Made by a program: the position numbers and the translations under genes. The notes below the pieces were generated by a model. The model saw only the letters and a program-made list of their open reading frames with translations, did no database searches and was not told the DNA's origin. 64,000 nt of DNA from Octopus sinensis (Eukaryota), in contig NC_043022.1 of NCBI RefSeq assembly GCF_006345805.1, positions 1,612,001 to 1,676,000 on the forward strand, given 5' to 3'. Of the stretch, positions 12,847 through 26,320 are shown one piece after another; position 1 is the first letter of the stretch, and every line of letters begins with the position of its first letter.

Positions 12847-13493
12847 TAATAATCTTAAAATGTTGCTAAATTGGAAATTAACTTTAGCCAGAACAGTGGG
12901 AAACATATGTAAACCGTTTCTGGTCTACTTTATTATTATTATTATTTGTTGTTGTTGTTATCTAGTTTCAGAGAAAGTTATGGAGGTTTAGAGCTTGAGT
13001 TGAGTAAACTAAAATTCGGTCAAATATCTCTGCATGGAGCTTAAAGGAAATTAATATAAGAGGAAGAAGAAGTAGGAGATGGTGTAGAAGAGCAAGGAGA
13101 AAAGGAGGAAGACTGGAGAGAGAATATGAAGAGGAAGAAAAGGAAGAAAAACAAGACGAAAAGATGGACGGAGAAGAAAGGTTACGAAGAAGTGGGAAAA
13201 AATAGTAGGACGAAGAAGAAAGCACGTTGAAGAAGAGGAAGAAAAACAAGATGAAGAGGAGGAAGAGGTAGAAAAATGAAGAGCAAGAACAAAACGAAGA
13301 ATGAAAATAAGCAAAAGAACCAATTCTTGCACAAGAAAAACGATAATTTCTCGAAGAGGAATAATTTTATGTAGCAAAAAAACGGGAGGGAAAGAAAATG
13401 GAATCGATGTATAATAGGATTATTTCTAAATTGCATAATGCAAAGTCGACAAGAAAGAGTGCTACTACTTAATAATCGGTGGTTGTGTGTGTG

Positions 13494-13530
<37 letters not shown>

Positions 13531-14978
13531 GGCAGACAGGCAGGTACCGCTTAAGTTACAAAATTCAGTGTGAAGGAAATCGAAATCACATTACAAGATG
13601 TAGTTTTTGGTTTGCTGAGACAGAAGGTAGCTTGTTCTCAATAGAATATCCCCCCACTTTGTTTTGTTCAATGAAATCAATGCACACGCATACGTACATA
13701 AATAATATGTGTGTGTGTGTGAAGAAAATTAAGCAAAATTAGGACGAAAAAATTTGTAACAGACGACCTAAACTTGAAACAATTCCCACATCGGCCGCCT
13801 GCCTAGAGATTGTTGCTGTTTCGACACCACACTACAGGACCACTATCCCTCTTTGGTGTCATATGTTGCTATGATGTTCGTATCGCAGTCAGGATACCTC
13901 GGATTCGATTCCACTGAATGATACCTTAGGCACGTGTATTTTACCATAGCCTAACATGAACTGAAATCATGTGAGTGATATTCACTAGATGGAAACACTG
14001 TGGAAACCCTTGTATGGTCTATCTTTGTAATTCAAAGATCTAGCTTTGGCGTACATTATGTCAGTCTTTGGAATACTCAGCCACTTACATTATAATTCTA
14101 TGCGTACATAGTCCAGTTCATCGAATGACTTGAGTACTCATCATCGAAACCGACGGAGATCCGGGAAGAATTTGAGTCCACACTAAGTGTCTTTGATTTT
14201 ACTGGGAGATCAAGAGAGAAAGGCAGTAACCCCGAGTCTTTACGGGGCTTTCAAAAAAATGGTGGGAGGGGAGAAAAAGGGTCATCGTACTGAAGACCAG
14301 GTACGAAGTCTTGCAACAGTCAACTCCGTTAAAAATCTCTAAAGGCCAGGGTCGTGGTGGTGGCGGCGGCGGTATTAAACCGGGCAACAGATTAAGGACT
14401 AAGTCTGCCACACATGTAAGCCATTGTTGAGGTTTGAACTCGGAATACAAGCAGAACTAGCACTGCGAAACATCCGACCGAGGCTCCAACGATTCTGTCA
14501 ATCCAATGCCCCACCCCCACGTCCCTCGCACTTATGTTCTTTCCCCGCCCCTCACACTTCCACTTTCTCTCATTCCTCCTCTCATACTTCCACTCTCTGC
14601 CCTTCTGTCCCCGTCCTATTTCCCTCGCCCCACATCGTTTCTGGCACATTATCACGTTTTACCACCGGTCAATTACGAGTCTTCAGTCATCAACGCACTC
14701 CACTATCGGCTGGTGGTGGTGGTGGAGGTGGTTGTAGTGGTGGTGGAGGTGGTTGTAGTGGTGGTGGTGGTTATTCTTATTTCTGTTTGCTTTTGTAAAG
14801 CAGTGTTTATCTTTGGATTGGCTCCAGTCAAAATATGTCGAACCTAGAGTAAATAACCTCTCACCTCTGTGTATGTATGAATGTGTGTGTATGTGCGTGC
14901 GTGTGTGTACATGTGGTATATGTATGTGTATATGCATGTGCATATGTGTGTGTATATGTCTATGTATGTATATGTGTC

Positions 14979-15024
<46 letters not shown>

Positions 15025-15027
<3 letters not shown>

Positions 15028-15330
15028 CTAGTATATATATGTGTCTGTATGTGTATGTGTGTGTGTGTCTAGTATATATATGTGTCTGTATGTATATGTG
15101 TGTGTGTGTCTAGTATATATATGTGTCTGTATGTATATGTGTGTGTGTGTCTAGTATATATATGTGTCTGTATGTATATGTGTGTGTGTGTCTAGTATAT
15201 ATATGTGTCTGTATGTATATGTGTGTGTGTGTCTAGTATATATATGTGTCTGTATGTATATGTGTGTGTGTGTCTAGTATATATATGTGTCTGTATGTAT
15301 ATGTGTGTGTGTGTCTATGTATATATATAT
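15025..15330. repeat. 41-bp tandem minisatellite
   Basis: ctagtatata recurs at 15151, 15192, 15233 and 15274. Confidence 0.9.
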
Positions 15331-15387
15331 GTATATGTGTCTGTGTGTGTATGTATATGTGTGTGTATGCATATGTGTGTGTGTGTG

Positions 15388-15418
<31 letters not shown>

Positions 15419-15761
15419 CACGCACACACACACATACTGATAACTATCTCTCTAATTAAAACACACTTGGAGATATGTATACGTGTAGGTGGGTGGGTGT
15501 ATATATTTTAAAACATCATTACATCAACAGAATGAATATTCTTTGACCTTCCTGATGTTATTTTCGTTTATGTCGTTTACCAAAACTGCCCCAAGAAGGG
15601 ATTCGTTTGTTCACACTTCAACAGCAGCACGAATTCTTGTTTTCGTGATCGTAGGCGTTAGGTATTGGACATGGCTTGTGTGTGTGAGGGGGAGTCTTGT
15701 ATATGTCTTCGTGAGCTCCAGCCTGTGTGTGTGTGAGTGTGTGTATACACACACACACACA

Positions 15762-15826
<65 letters not shown>

Positions 15827-16018
15827 ATTGTATAAAAGATCGTGGGTAAGGCCAAAACAATACGAAGTAAATGCAAGGTAAATCACAAGAAAACAAATAC
15901 GGATTTATGAAGTCAAATTACTGAAACAAATATAGCAGCGTATGTATATAATTTTTTTTCCGTAATGAGATAAAAAAAAAACCCAAGGCTGTGTAGATAT
16001 TAGAGCATTTATAAATAG

Positions 16019-16066
16019 GTCTTACAGCTGTTTCTAGGATATTTATTATATCCTTTCATCGGAGAC
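16019..16066 (-). ncRNA. Minimal type I hammerhead-like motif, U4C variant
   Basis: gtct-CCGATGA-A-AGGATAT(AATAA)ATATCCT-A-GAAAC-AGCT-GTA-agac; helix III palindrome ACAGCTGT. Confidence 0.72.
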
Positions 16067-16479
16067 GGTGTGAGAAAATGGTTAAGCAATAGTTAATTTA
16101 GATAAGATACGAAATAGAGAGTGAGGTGGAGGAATGAAAATAGATGTGAGATATGCAGGGATATTGTATCTGTAGATCCATTATTTAGGCAGAATGGTAT
16201 ACATATAAGATTCCAATACCTTATGAGTAAAATCCAATAGTATCTAAAGTTGATCATTCCAAGTATAGAGTTTATACACAGTGTTATTGAACCAAGGGTT
16301 TTATTTAAATAAAAAATAAAAAAAAAAACGAAAAATGAATAAACATGAAAACTGAAAAGATTAAACATCTTACTGAATCTGCCAACATTTTAATAACAAA
16401 TCATAACATTCCGATTGAGGAGGCCAAAAATCAACAATGTGTTGAAGTATTGAATCAAAAGGATCTAACTCTTTCAATC

Positions 16480-17025
16480 TAGTTGCGACTAGAGTCCTTC
16501 GATCACCTCTGTCTACGCCGCATCCTTCGTGTCCGATGACATCACTTTGTCTCCACCGATTCGGTGCGACACCAGTGCAGAATCACCTCCCTCCGACAAG
16601 TCATCCTAACGAGACGTCTGCCCTCCGTCGTCAACCAGGAGAATTCATCTACGAAGCAATTGCCCCAGCTCCCCATCAAGGTTGGCGAAAGCGATGTGGT
16701 GGACAAAGAAAAACCTTGCTGATGACAGTCAAGGCTGATCTGGAACCCAACCTACGAAGCAATTGCCCCAGCTCCCATTCAGGGTTGGCGAAAGCAATGT
16801 GGTGGACAACGAAAAACCTGGCTGATGACAGTCAAGGCTGATCTGGAACCCAGTCTGGGCCCCCATATCTACGGCGTTCGCCGCTGGAATAGGGAGTGGT
16901 TGGAGATCACGCGGTCGTTAGCCTCAAATCGCCAGGCCAGGTCGGCGTTTGTGAGAGATGCAGCATTGAGGATGAATGAAGCCAGCTCAACCCACCCCGG
17001 GTGAATGCTGTCTCAAGACAAGAAG
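16480..17025 (+). mobile_element. 5'-truncated RTE-clade LINE 3' end with internal ~101-bp tandem duplication (16649-16749, 16752-16852)
   Basis: FDHLCLRRILRV...GGQRKTW...YGVRRWNREW...AFVRD...HPG*; 13-bp TSD aactctttcaatc at 16467-16479 and 17026-17038. Confidence 0.85.
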
Positions 17026-17167
17026 AACTCTTTCAATCCAATCTCTTGTCGCCACATTAATTCGATTTTTTAGTGGGAAGGTAACCCAGATTTTTAATGG
17101 CAATTTTTTAATGGGGGGTAAGACAACCATTGTGTGGTAAGCTTCTTACCACACAGCCACGCCTGCG

Positions 17168-17212
<45 letters not shown>

Positions 17213-18064
17213 TAATAAATAAAATATATGCATACATACAAACATATATGTACGTACCTACATCTACATGTATATATACATGCATATATAAATATATATA
17301 CGTGAGTACAGGACACCACAAATAGACGTAGAACTCAACGAGAAACGAAAACGGAAAAACCATTTTTTTACAACAGAAAAAACAGAGTACAGGACATACT
17401 ACACAAGGAAAAAACCCCTTCATCAGCTGTCACTAGTTCGGCTCCAATATATATATATAAAATGTGTGTGTGTGCGTATATGTATGTTTGTGTGTGTGTT
17501 ACGTAGGTGCGTGAAGAGGATTAATGTTTTGAAGCATTGATCTTTGGTTCAAGTTGTTTCTGTTGTTAGAAGTAACAAAGTCGATGATTGTTGCTGTTGG
17601 CACTTAGATATCCTAAGCAAACAGAATAGTCCTTTTTTTTCATTTTAGTCAGACCAGCAGTGTTGTTGTTGTGGTAGTGGTTGTTGTTTGTAGTGGTGTC
17701 ACAATTGACAGTGTTGGTGCTGTAGTGAGGACTTAAACTGGCGTTTTAAGCAAACAGAGCCAATATTTAGTGGTGGTGTTGGTGTTTGTTTAAACCATGG
17801 GTTCTCAAGATGGGCGCTACCGCACCCCGGTTGGCGTTGAGACGGTCCAAGTAGGCGCTGGTGCCTAAGGGGTCGGTAGAGAAAATTGAGGCGTTGGGGA
17901 GGAAAGTAGTGGATTGGGGGACGCTATGAATTTATTATAATATTATAATATTGTATACAAGTTATATAATATTATATTAAATATCAAATGATTCATAGTA
18001 TATATGAATTAGTAAAATATAAGATATTTATACATAAAAATAGGGGTGGGGGCGCTGAGGGAGA

Positions 18065-18220
18065 AAGATTACATCGACGCCAGTACTTAATTTATCGATC
18101 CTGAAAGGATGAAAGGCAAAGTCGACCTCGGCGGAATTTGAACTCAGAACGTAACGGCAGACGAAACACCGCTGAGCATTTCGTCCGGCGTGCTTAACGG
18201 TTCTGCCAGCTGGGTCGCCT
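18065..18220 (-). mobile_element. SINE family B
   Basis: Alignment to 4864-5106. Confidence 0.8.
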
Positions 18221-18332
18221 TGTAGCGTGTAAATATTGGATAGAAAAGTTGAAGGTTGTACAAAGGAGGAGGTTTTCTTTTTTAACGAAATATATTCACG
18301 CTGTTATTTATAACTTCAATCGTTAAAAAACG

Positions 18333-18369
<37 letters not shown>

Positions 18370-18891
18370 ACACGCGCGCGCGCGGTGAGTGCTCAAAAGA
18401 GTACACAAGAGATCGTGACAGTCATATTAACCAAGTCAACATTCCACAGGTTACATAAATATTCACACTGCGGCCTCTTTGTTCAGTCATCCATGTCGAA
18501 AAAGTGCTCTTCTTATCTGTTGATCGGTGGTTTTGTGTGTGTGTGTTTAATATTATGTATGTTTGTGAGTTTTGCTTTAAATAATTTATCAATGAAATGA
18601 TATGCATACATATATGTTTGTATGTGTGTGTGTGTGTGTAATGTATTATCTATCAATGAAATGTAAAAGTTTTAAATGAGTATGAGTGCCCCAGCGCGTC
18701 TGTATTCAATAATTTTATCAGTGAACTTGAAGTTATATCGTGTGTGTCTGTGTCTGTATACACAGACGTATATATATAAATGAAAGAATGGAGTCGAACG
18801 ACGATTTTAACAAAATATTATTACTGTGGACATCATGTGGGCAGTCATCTAAAAGTTTTTGCTCTTCATGGTGCTGACATAAGTTCCTTGT

Positions 18892-18974
18892 CTTTTCTGA
18901 TGAGATGGCGGCATAATGCACCCTTTATTCCTTCGGAATTAGGAATATGCAGCCTTCGAAACATGTGTCGAGAG
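18892..18974 (+). ncRNA. Type I hammerhead ribozyme, canonical core, GUC site, inside a 245-bp element with 40-bp perfect inverted repeats (18777-18816 and 18982-19021)
   Basis: ctttt-CTGATGA-GATGGCGGCATA...TATGCAGCCTTC-GAAAC-ATGT-GTC-gagag. Confidence 0.8.
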
Positions 18975-19172
18975 TAAAGGAATTTTGTTAAAATCGTCGT
19001 TCGACTCCATTCTTTCATTTATTCATAGTTAAAAAAAACACACAAATTTACACACAAGAACACGAGATCCCTGCCCTTGGCATATAGCTTCAACCGTGTT
19101 TTCTGACGTGAATTTGCTACCCAGGTATCGGTTAACCGAATTATCCATACCAGGATAATTCATTCACCTTCT

Positions 19173-19203
<31 letters not shown>

Positions 19204-19646
19204 CCTACTTGGAAAAGGATGCGTGGCGTTCGATCATTTAAATAATGTAAATAATATATAAATGTATGCGTATATACATATATGTACATACCTACATCTA
19301 TATGTATATATACATGGATATATGGGTACAGGACATCAAAAAAACGTTGAACACAACGAGAAACGAAAGCATAAAAACGCAAACATAAAAACAAAAACAT
19401 TATATACAGAGATACACATACACTATGCAAGTTTGTAAATGTGTGTGTATGTAGGTAGATACAGCTATCCATACAACATACACGCACTGACACATAACGT
19501 ATTCATATATCCTACATGCAGGATATCTATATGTCGATAGTTGGTCATTTCGGACAAAATCTGCATTTTTATTTTAATATTAACCCTTTCCTCCTTCCCA
19601 CTACATGTATGTTATGTCGTTATATATATATATATATATATAATAA

Positions 19647-19686
<40 letters not shown>

Positions 19687-19899
19687 ATATTAGGGAATAA
19701 ATCCAAACTTACAGGGAAAAATCTGTAACTCGAAAATTTAAAGAAAATAACAGCCATGAAACGATCGTAGTGTTATATTAATTATATTTTTTTAATATTT
19801 TGTTATATATTTAAATGATATAAATTAAATATGTATTGGCTTAAGTTTTTCATTGTATGATTTGCCTAATAGTGGTTTTATCTCTAATAATATAATATA

Positions 19900-19949
<50 letters not shown>

Positions 19950-20210
19950 TACTTATAAGTGGATGCGTGGCGTTCGATCATATAATAGCAAAGATATATA
20001 TACATACATATATGTACATACCTACATCTATATGTATATATACATGCATATATGGGTACAGGACACACAAAAAAAAACGTAGAACACAACGAGAAACGAA
20101 TATATATATGTATATATATCTTACATATATTACAACAAAATACGTTTCCCGCACATCCTTTATCCCACCATTTCCATCACTAGTATTGATTTTGTAAGCA
20201 ATATTAAACA

Positions 20211-20680
20211 AGGCGTGACTGTGTGGTAAGAAGCTTGCTTCCCAACCACATGGTTCGGGGTTCAGTCCCACTGCGTGCTACCTTAGTATTGTACTATAGC
20301 CTCGGACCAGCAAAAGCTTTCTGAATGAATTTGGTAGACGAAGACTGAAAGAATCCCGTCGCAAGCGCGCATGTATATAATATATACATATATGTGTGTG
20401 TGTGTGTGTGAGGTTTTGTGGAGATAGATTTCTTTTTAAACATTCGCATTCACTCATAAATGAACGCGTGCTACTATTTTAGTTCGTTGATTAACGCTCA
20501 ATCTTAGGATATAAAAACAAATATGTCAGTTTTGGCCCTGATGAAATATCTTCCTTCGTTATTTCATAATGCAGTTTTGATTGTCATTTGAAGGAAGATT
20601 GATATGGAAACGATCGTAGGCTTATGGAATTGTCAAAATGTAAATAAATTATGCTGTGTTCAAACTCTCCCTTTTCTTTA

Positions 20681-20719
<39 letters not shown>

Positions 20720-20960
20720 TATATGTATGTATTATCGTGTATGTGTCTTTGTGTTTGTCCCACCACCGCTTGACAACCGGTACTGGTGTGTTTACATCCC
20801 CGCGACTTAGCGAATCGGCAAAAGAGACCAATAGAGTAAGTACCAAGCTTTTGAAAAAAAAAAAGTACTGGGGTTCAATACATTTGATTAAAAATTCTTC
20901 AAGGTGATGCTCCAGCATGGCCGCAGTCTAATGTCCTGAAACAAGTAAAAGATAAAAGAC
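20211..20960 (+). mobile_element. SINE family A head (20211-20362) and tail (20740-20960) with intervening HHR-containing sequence
   Basis: Alignment to other copies. Confidence 0.75.
20534..20622 (+). ncRNA. Type I hammerhead motif with long helix II
   Basis: ggcc-CTGATGA-A-ATATCTTCCTTC...GAAGGAAGATTGATAT-G-GAAAC-GATC-GTA-ggct; palindrome ACGATCGT. Confidence 0.68.
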
Positions 20961-21767
20961 TGACAGAAACGAATCGTTTTGAAAGCCACCAACTGTCCAA
21001 CTGGCCTAAAAAAATATCAGACTTTGGAGAATCTTTTTAAAATAGTTATCAGGCCGTCAAGTTGACTTCGCAGGGATTTTAAATCAGAATCTGAACGTTT
21101 CCCCAACTCAAATAACGCAAATCATTTTCTTCGATGCTCTGACGATTCAACCAAACCACCCCCCTGCCTTCTCCCCGTAAAAGAAAACAAACTGTAGGTA
21201 GGTTATTAACAAGGGGTCCCACCAAAACAGGTTATTCTATAAAGTGGTTTGTAACCAAGCGTGAGCAGTGTGCTATATAGAGATGATGGTCGGATGTGGA
21301 ACTGCTGGAGTACAATATATATATGTATGTATGTATATATGTATGTATATAGTGTTACACTGTTATTTTAAACCATAGAAGCGCACGCACACACACTTAC
21401 ACACGAATGCATGTTCTTTCTCTCTTCTTCCTTTCTCTACTTCTAAGGGCAATGGAGAACAGAAATATGTTCAAAGGATCCCTTATCTTTTCATAGGTCT
21501 GTGTTTTATTTTCGTAAAAAAGGTTCACGCTTCTGTTGGTGCAGATACGTATATACATAGCCACCCCACATCCACACACATATATATATAGATGTATAAA
21601 TGCATACATTTATACTTATTGTAATCATACACACACACACACACACACATACAAACATATATGTACATAAAAATACATACCGCGCGCAGATAAATTTATA
21701 CTTAAGCAATAATACACACATACATATATATATATAAATATACACACAGATTTATACTCAAGCAATG

Positions 21768-21837
<70 letters not shown>

Positions 21838-22026
21838 ATAGATTTATACTTAAGCAATGATATATATATATAATGCTATATACCTACATTTATACATATA
21901 TATAATGTTATATATCTACATATATATATATGTGTGTATATATATATATATATGTTATATACCTATATATATATATATATATATATAATACACACATATA
22001 TGTTATATACCTACACACACACACAC

Positions 22027-22059
<33 letters not shown>

Positions 22060-22079
22060 TATATATGTTATATACCTAC

Positions 22080-22126
<47 letters not shown>

Positions 22127-22378
22127 CACACACACACAGCGCGCGCGGTTAGATTTATACTTAAGCAATGAGATATATGTGTGCGTGTGCACGCGCGAAT
22201 ACAGTTATACTTACGCAATCCTATAGTGTTTTTTAGAGACACGGATGCGTATGAGTGTGTATAGAGTGTACCACACACATACACACACAGGCACACACAC
22301 ACAGGACGAGATAGATGAGGTGGAAGGGTTTGTTGTGTAAAGATAATGTGATTCCCTTGTGGGTGGTGGACGTACGTG

Positions 22379-22425
<47 letters not shown>

Positions 22426-22809
22426 TTATAAACTGTTATATTAAGAATTAGAGCGTCGACAGCAGGTGCTAAACCCAGGTAGGACAGAGCGATGAGCTAA
22501 TATGGTGGTGGTGGTGGTGTGATAGAGAAAGGGCCGTTATATTTGTTAATGTCAACTGGTACAGCCATGAATAAAGCAAGTTGATACGGTGGATGATCTG
22601 GGTCTTAGAGCCAACTGCCTGCCTTATTTGAACATACGGGTGCATATGAAGGGTGGGGTTGGTGAAGGGGTTGGAAATAAAGTACCCATATCCAAGCTCA
22701 CCCCATAAAAAATGAAAAAAATTAAAAACAAAACTGCAAAATCTGAAAAGGTTATGTTTGTCTTGTTGCAAATAGATTCTGTGAAGTGCATAAACGCAAT
22801 TAATGTTAG

Positions 22810-23214
22810 TTTCACATTTTGGCACAAGGCCAGCAACTTCAAGGGAAGAGGTGAGTCAATTACATCGACCCCAGTACGCAACTGCTACTTAATTTATCCA
22901 CCATGAAAGGATGAAAAGCAAAGTTGATCCCGGCGGCATTTGAACTCGGAACGTAAAGTTGGAAGAAATGTTGCTAAGCGTTTTGCTCGGAGTGCTAACG
23001 ACTCAGCCAGCTCGACGCCATCTTCATCATCATCATAATGATAATCCTTTCTACTATAGGCCCAAGGTCAGCAATTCCGGGAGAGGGGTTAAGTCGATTA
23101 CATCGACCCCAGTGTTTTACTGGTATTTATTTTATCGATCCCGAAAGGATGAAAAGCAAAGTCGACCTCGGTGGAATTTGAACTCAGAATGTAATGTTCG
23201 GACGAAATGCCGCT

Positions 23215-23262
<48 letters not shown>

Positions 23263-24525
23263 ATAATATTTTCTACTCTAGGCCCAAGGCCCGAAATTTT
23301 GGGGAAGAGGGCCAGTCGATTAGATCGACCCCAGTACGCAACTGGTACTTAATTTATCGACCCCCGAAAGGATGAAAAGTAAAGTCGACCTCGGTGGAAT
23401 TTGAACTCAGGAACGTAAAACCAGAATTAATAGGTGCTAAGCATTTTGTTCGGCGCAGAAATGATGTGGATAATTGTTTTTAAGATAGGGGACACAGGGC
23501 ATGAAATCTTGGGCGAGGTGGAGAGGACAAGGGGTTAGTCGATTAAATCGATTTCCGGTACTCGACCGTCGTTCTGAAGAATTCGCCAAAAGAGATTTCG
23601 TCGTATAGGAAAAATCGCAATATGGCCTGTATTGCATCAGTATTTTTTAAATAATTAAGATATATAAAACATTTGGTAAACGGTTTTGTAAAAGCATTAA
23701 ATAATAGGCAAACATTAAATAATAGGCAAACATTAAAAGAAAACGCGATGAGGTCATTTAAAGCAAAATTTCTTACGGTGAATTTTTTTTCTTACAGCAA
23801 AATTGTTTGCGGCAGTATTTCCTCTAACACTTGACTAGTTCTTTCATTTCAAAGATTCTGGGAAGGCAAGTTACAGAATTAATTGCCATCAGCTGGGTCT
23901 GTTCAAGATGGACGCAAGAACAGCGAAAACCGTTCTGCGCGTAGTTTTTTCAGTGCCTGAACGTTGATGAGTTTGGAATTTTTGTCGAACAACTGCCGTG
24001 TGTGTGTGTGTGTGTTTGTAATTGTGTAGGCCGAGTCCAGCAATCGATCGAGTTCCATTACTATCACCAACCCCGCCTTTCTCCTTGACCCGGATAAAAT
24101 GCTTAGCGGCATTTCGTACGTTTCTTTCGATCTAACTTTGAATCCTAACGAAATTAATTTTGCCTTTCATCTTTTCGGGGTTGATAAAATAAAGTACCAG
24201 TTAAGTACAGGGCTCTATGTACTCTACTTGTCCCTCCCATCAAAATTGATAGCTTTGTGTCGTGTTTTTATCGTCCACCTTCATGCAGGGACGTTATTAT
24301 AATCCCCTTTTCTATAGGTGCAGGGCTTGAAATTTTGCGGGAGGAGACTAGTTGATTACATCAACCTCGGTGCTCGACGGATACTTATTTTTATCGACCC
24401 CGAAAGAATGAAAGAATGAAAGGCAAAGTCAACCTCGGCAGAATTTGAACTCAGAATGTAAAGACAGACGAAGCGCTGCCGGGCATTTTGTCCGACGCAC
24501 TAACAATTCTGCCAGCTCGCCGTCT
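22810..24525. mobile_element. SINE family B cluster: four tandem minus copies at 22810-23560, inverted pair at 24085-24525
   Basis: Alignment to 4864-5106. Confidence 0.8.
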
Positions 24526-26287
24526 TAATAACCAAGATGCCATGAATTCCACAGGAAATACCAGGAGTTTCTCAAATTACGGCTCTATTTCATTTGGGCA
24601 GTAATTGAAAGGCGAATCTATCGAGCGTCAGCGAATCTTTCGAGCGTCAGCAAAGGTCATGGACTTCTAACTCGCCTGAACTCACTGTAATCTGAGAGGG
24701 CAGGCTTGGCATTTCTCACCAACTGAAGTAAACCAGATATCAGGATTTAGTTGAGGGCGTTCATGTCGAAGGATGGCACACAACCTCATCCACCTCTGAT
24801 GTCGACTGCTGCTGTCATTGATGGCGCTTTTGTCATAAGACGGCACAAAGCCTCATTCCACCATTGATGTCGACTGTTGCTGTTTTCCAGTTGGTTGTGC
24901 TGTTTCTTGTAGAAGACAGGTTCGGAAAAAGGAAGCAAGTGAAGAAAATCACGAAGGAGATTGTAATCACTGAAGCGAGAACTGTTGTAATTGAAGATTG
25001 TTAACGGTGACAAAGGACTGAAGAACTCTTCTGTAGGATAAAGCTAATTCTGTCCTTGCTGTCCTATTCGGGCGAAACGCTTGTGACCCTGCGGTCCCTG
25101 CTGAAGATACGGAAAACCATCGCAACATTGCGACAGTTTTAGTCACCACCAAGAGAAGAGCTTGCAATAGATCCTGCAGTTTCTGCTTTGAGCAAAACAT
25201 CTCGGATGTTTAATTCGCCTTTGATCTTTAACATTCTGATATTGTTGAAGGGGTCAACTTTATGATCTTTTTATCACATCTGTGTTGTTAATGCTGCTGT
25301 CAGTTATGATTGGGGAGATCTATGATCAACGACGTTCCAGACACGACCAACCATCCCAGTTTTTATTCAGGTATTTTATTATGGACCCTGATCGATTTTA
25401 CGTCGTTCTCGTCAGCGGTTTGTTCAGTATTTGAATGTAGGTGTGATTCCGTCTCCAAGTGAGGGGGGTGGGTGTCATCACTCCTGTTCTAAGCTGTCGC
25501 TTGACCAACTAGAAATAGTAGTCAAACACCCCTCAAATCACAACATAACTTCGTAAAGACGCATGCATTGAGGATAATGTAATGTGGGAGACACATGAAA
25601 AGGCAGTATGGTCGCGGATGGAATACATTTCATCTTAAGACTGTTCGACCAAGTCTGACCTGGTGTTAAACAACAGCAGCGAGAAGTATGGAGCAATTTC
25701 AATTATCCACAACTTCGCCATTTTGTTTTGGTCGTCACGTGAGGCAATTGTAAAATGGAAGGTTTTGATGTGTAACACTCTGACTGTTTTACTACCATCA
25801 AAATTTAATCATTAAGTAGTGTATGTGTGTGTGTGTGTGTGTGTGTGTATGAGCATGTTTGACTGTGTTTGTGTGTGAGCGTGTATATAAGCATGGGTGT
25901 GTATGTATGTGTGAGCGCGTATATGTATGTGAGCGTGTGTATGTGTGTGAGTGTCAGTTTATGTATGTATATTAAATTGTGCATGTGAGTGTGTGTGTGT
26001 GTGTAAATATCAGCTTGTTTGTGTTTGAACGTCAGCTTGTGTATGCGTGTGCCAGTGTCTATCAGGCTATGTGTGTGTCTGTGTGTCAGCTCGTTTGTGT
26101 GTGTCGGTGGCGTTCAGTCTGTTTGTGTAAACGTGTGTGTGTGTGTGTAACAGATTGTATATTTTTTCTGATTGTGTGTGTATTCATATAATATTTATAA
26201 ATCAACCCTTGTTATATGTGGCAGAGCGAATTGGCATATGTTGTGTTTGTGTTTGTCGGGGTGTGTATCATCATGTTTGTATATGAT

Positions 26288-26320
<33 letters not shown>

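Larger units (their letters stand above)
17170..20110 (-). repeat. Three dispersed copies (about 17170-17430, 19200-19400, 19960-20110) of an AT-rich repeat
   Basis: Shared tatgtacatacctacatctatatgtatata...gtacaggac...aacgagaaacgaa. Confidence 0.75.

Noticed and set aside
14683-14943. His- or Thr-rich minus-strand frames at 14.7 kb and 6.4 kb
   Set aside because: Derived from mixed GTG/GTA/GTT trinucleotide tracts and interrupted by stops in all frames
17405-17450. CTGATGAAGG on the minus strand in the AT-rich repeat
   Set aside because: No GAAAC half in a position that completes a fold
12895-19775. Isolated GAAAC-palindrome-GTA strings at ~12900 and ~19758
   Set aside because: No CUGANGA-like core upstream; at most truncated relics
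24867-25004. 45-aa plus-strand ORF MSTVAVFQLVVLFLVEDRFGKRK..., resembling an RFamide precursor
   Set aside because: Single RFGKR, short hydrophobic stretch without a clear signal cleavage site, and it starts inside a local ~70-bp duplication; chance is likely
25140-25230. Minus-strand KAETAGSIASSSLGG, vaguely like paired-box or Tc1 ETGS...GG
   Set aside because: Stop follows immediately and no other motif aligns
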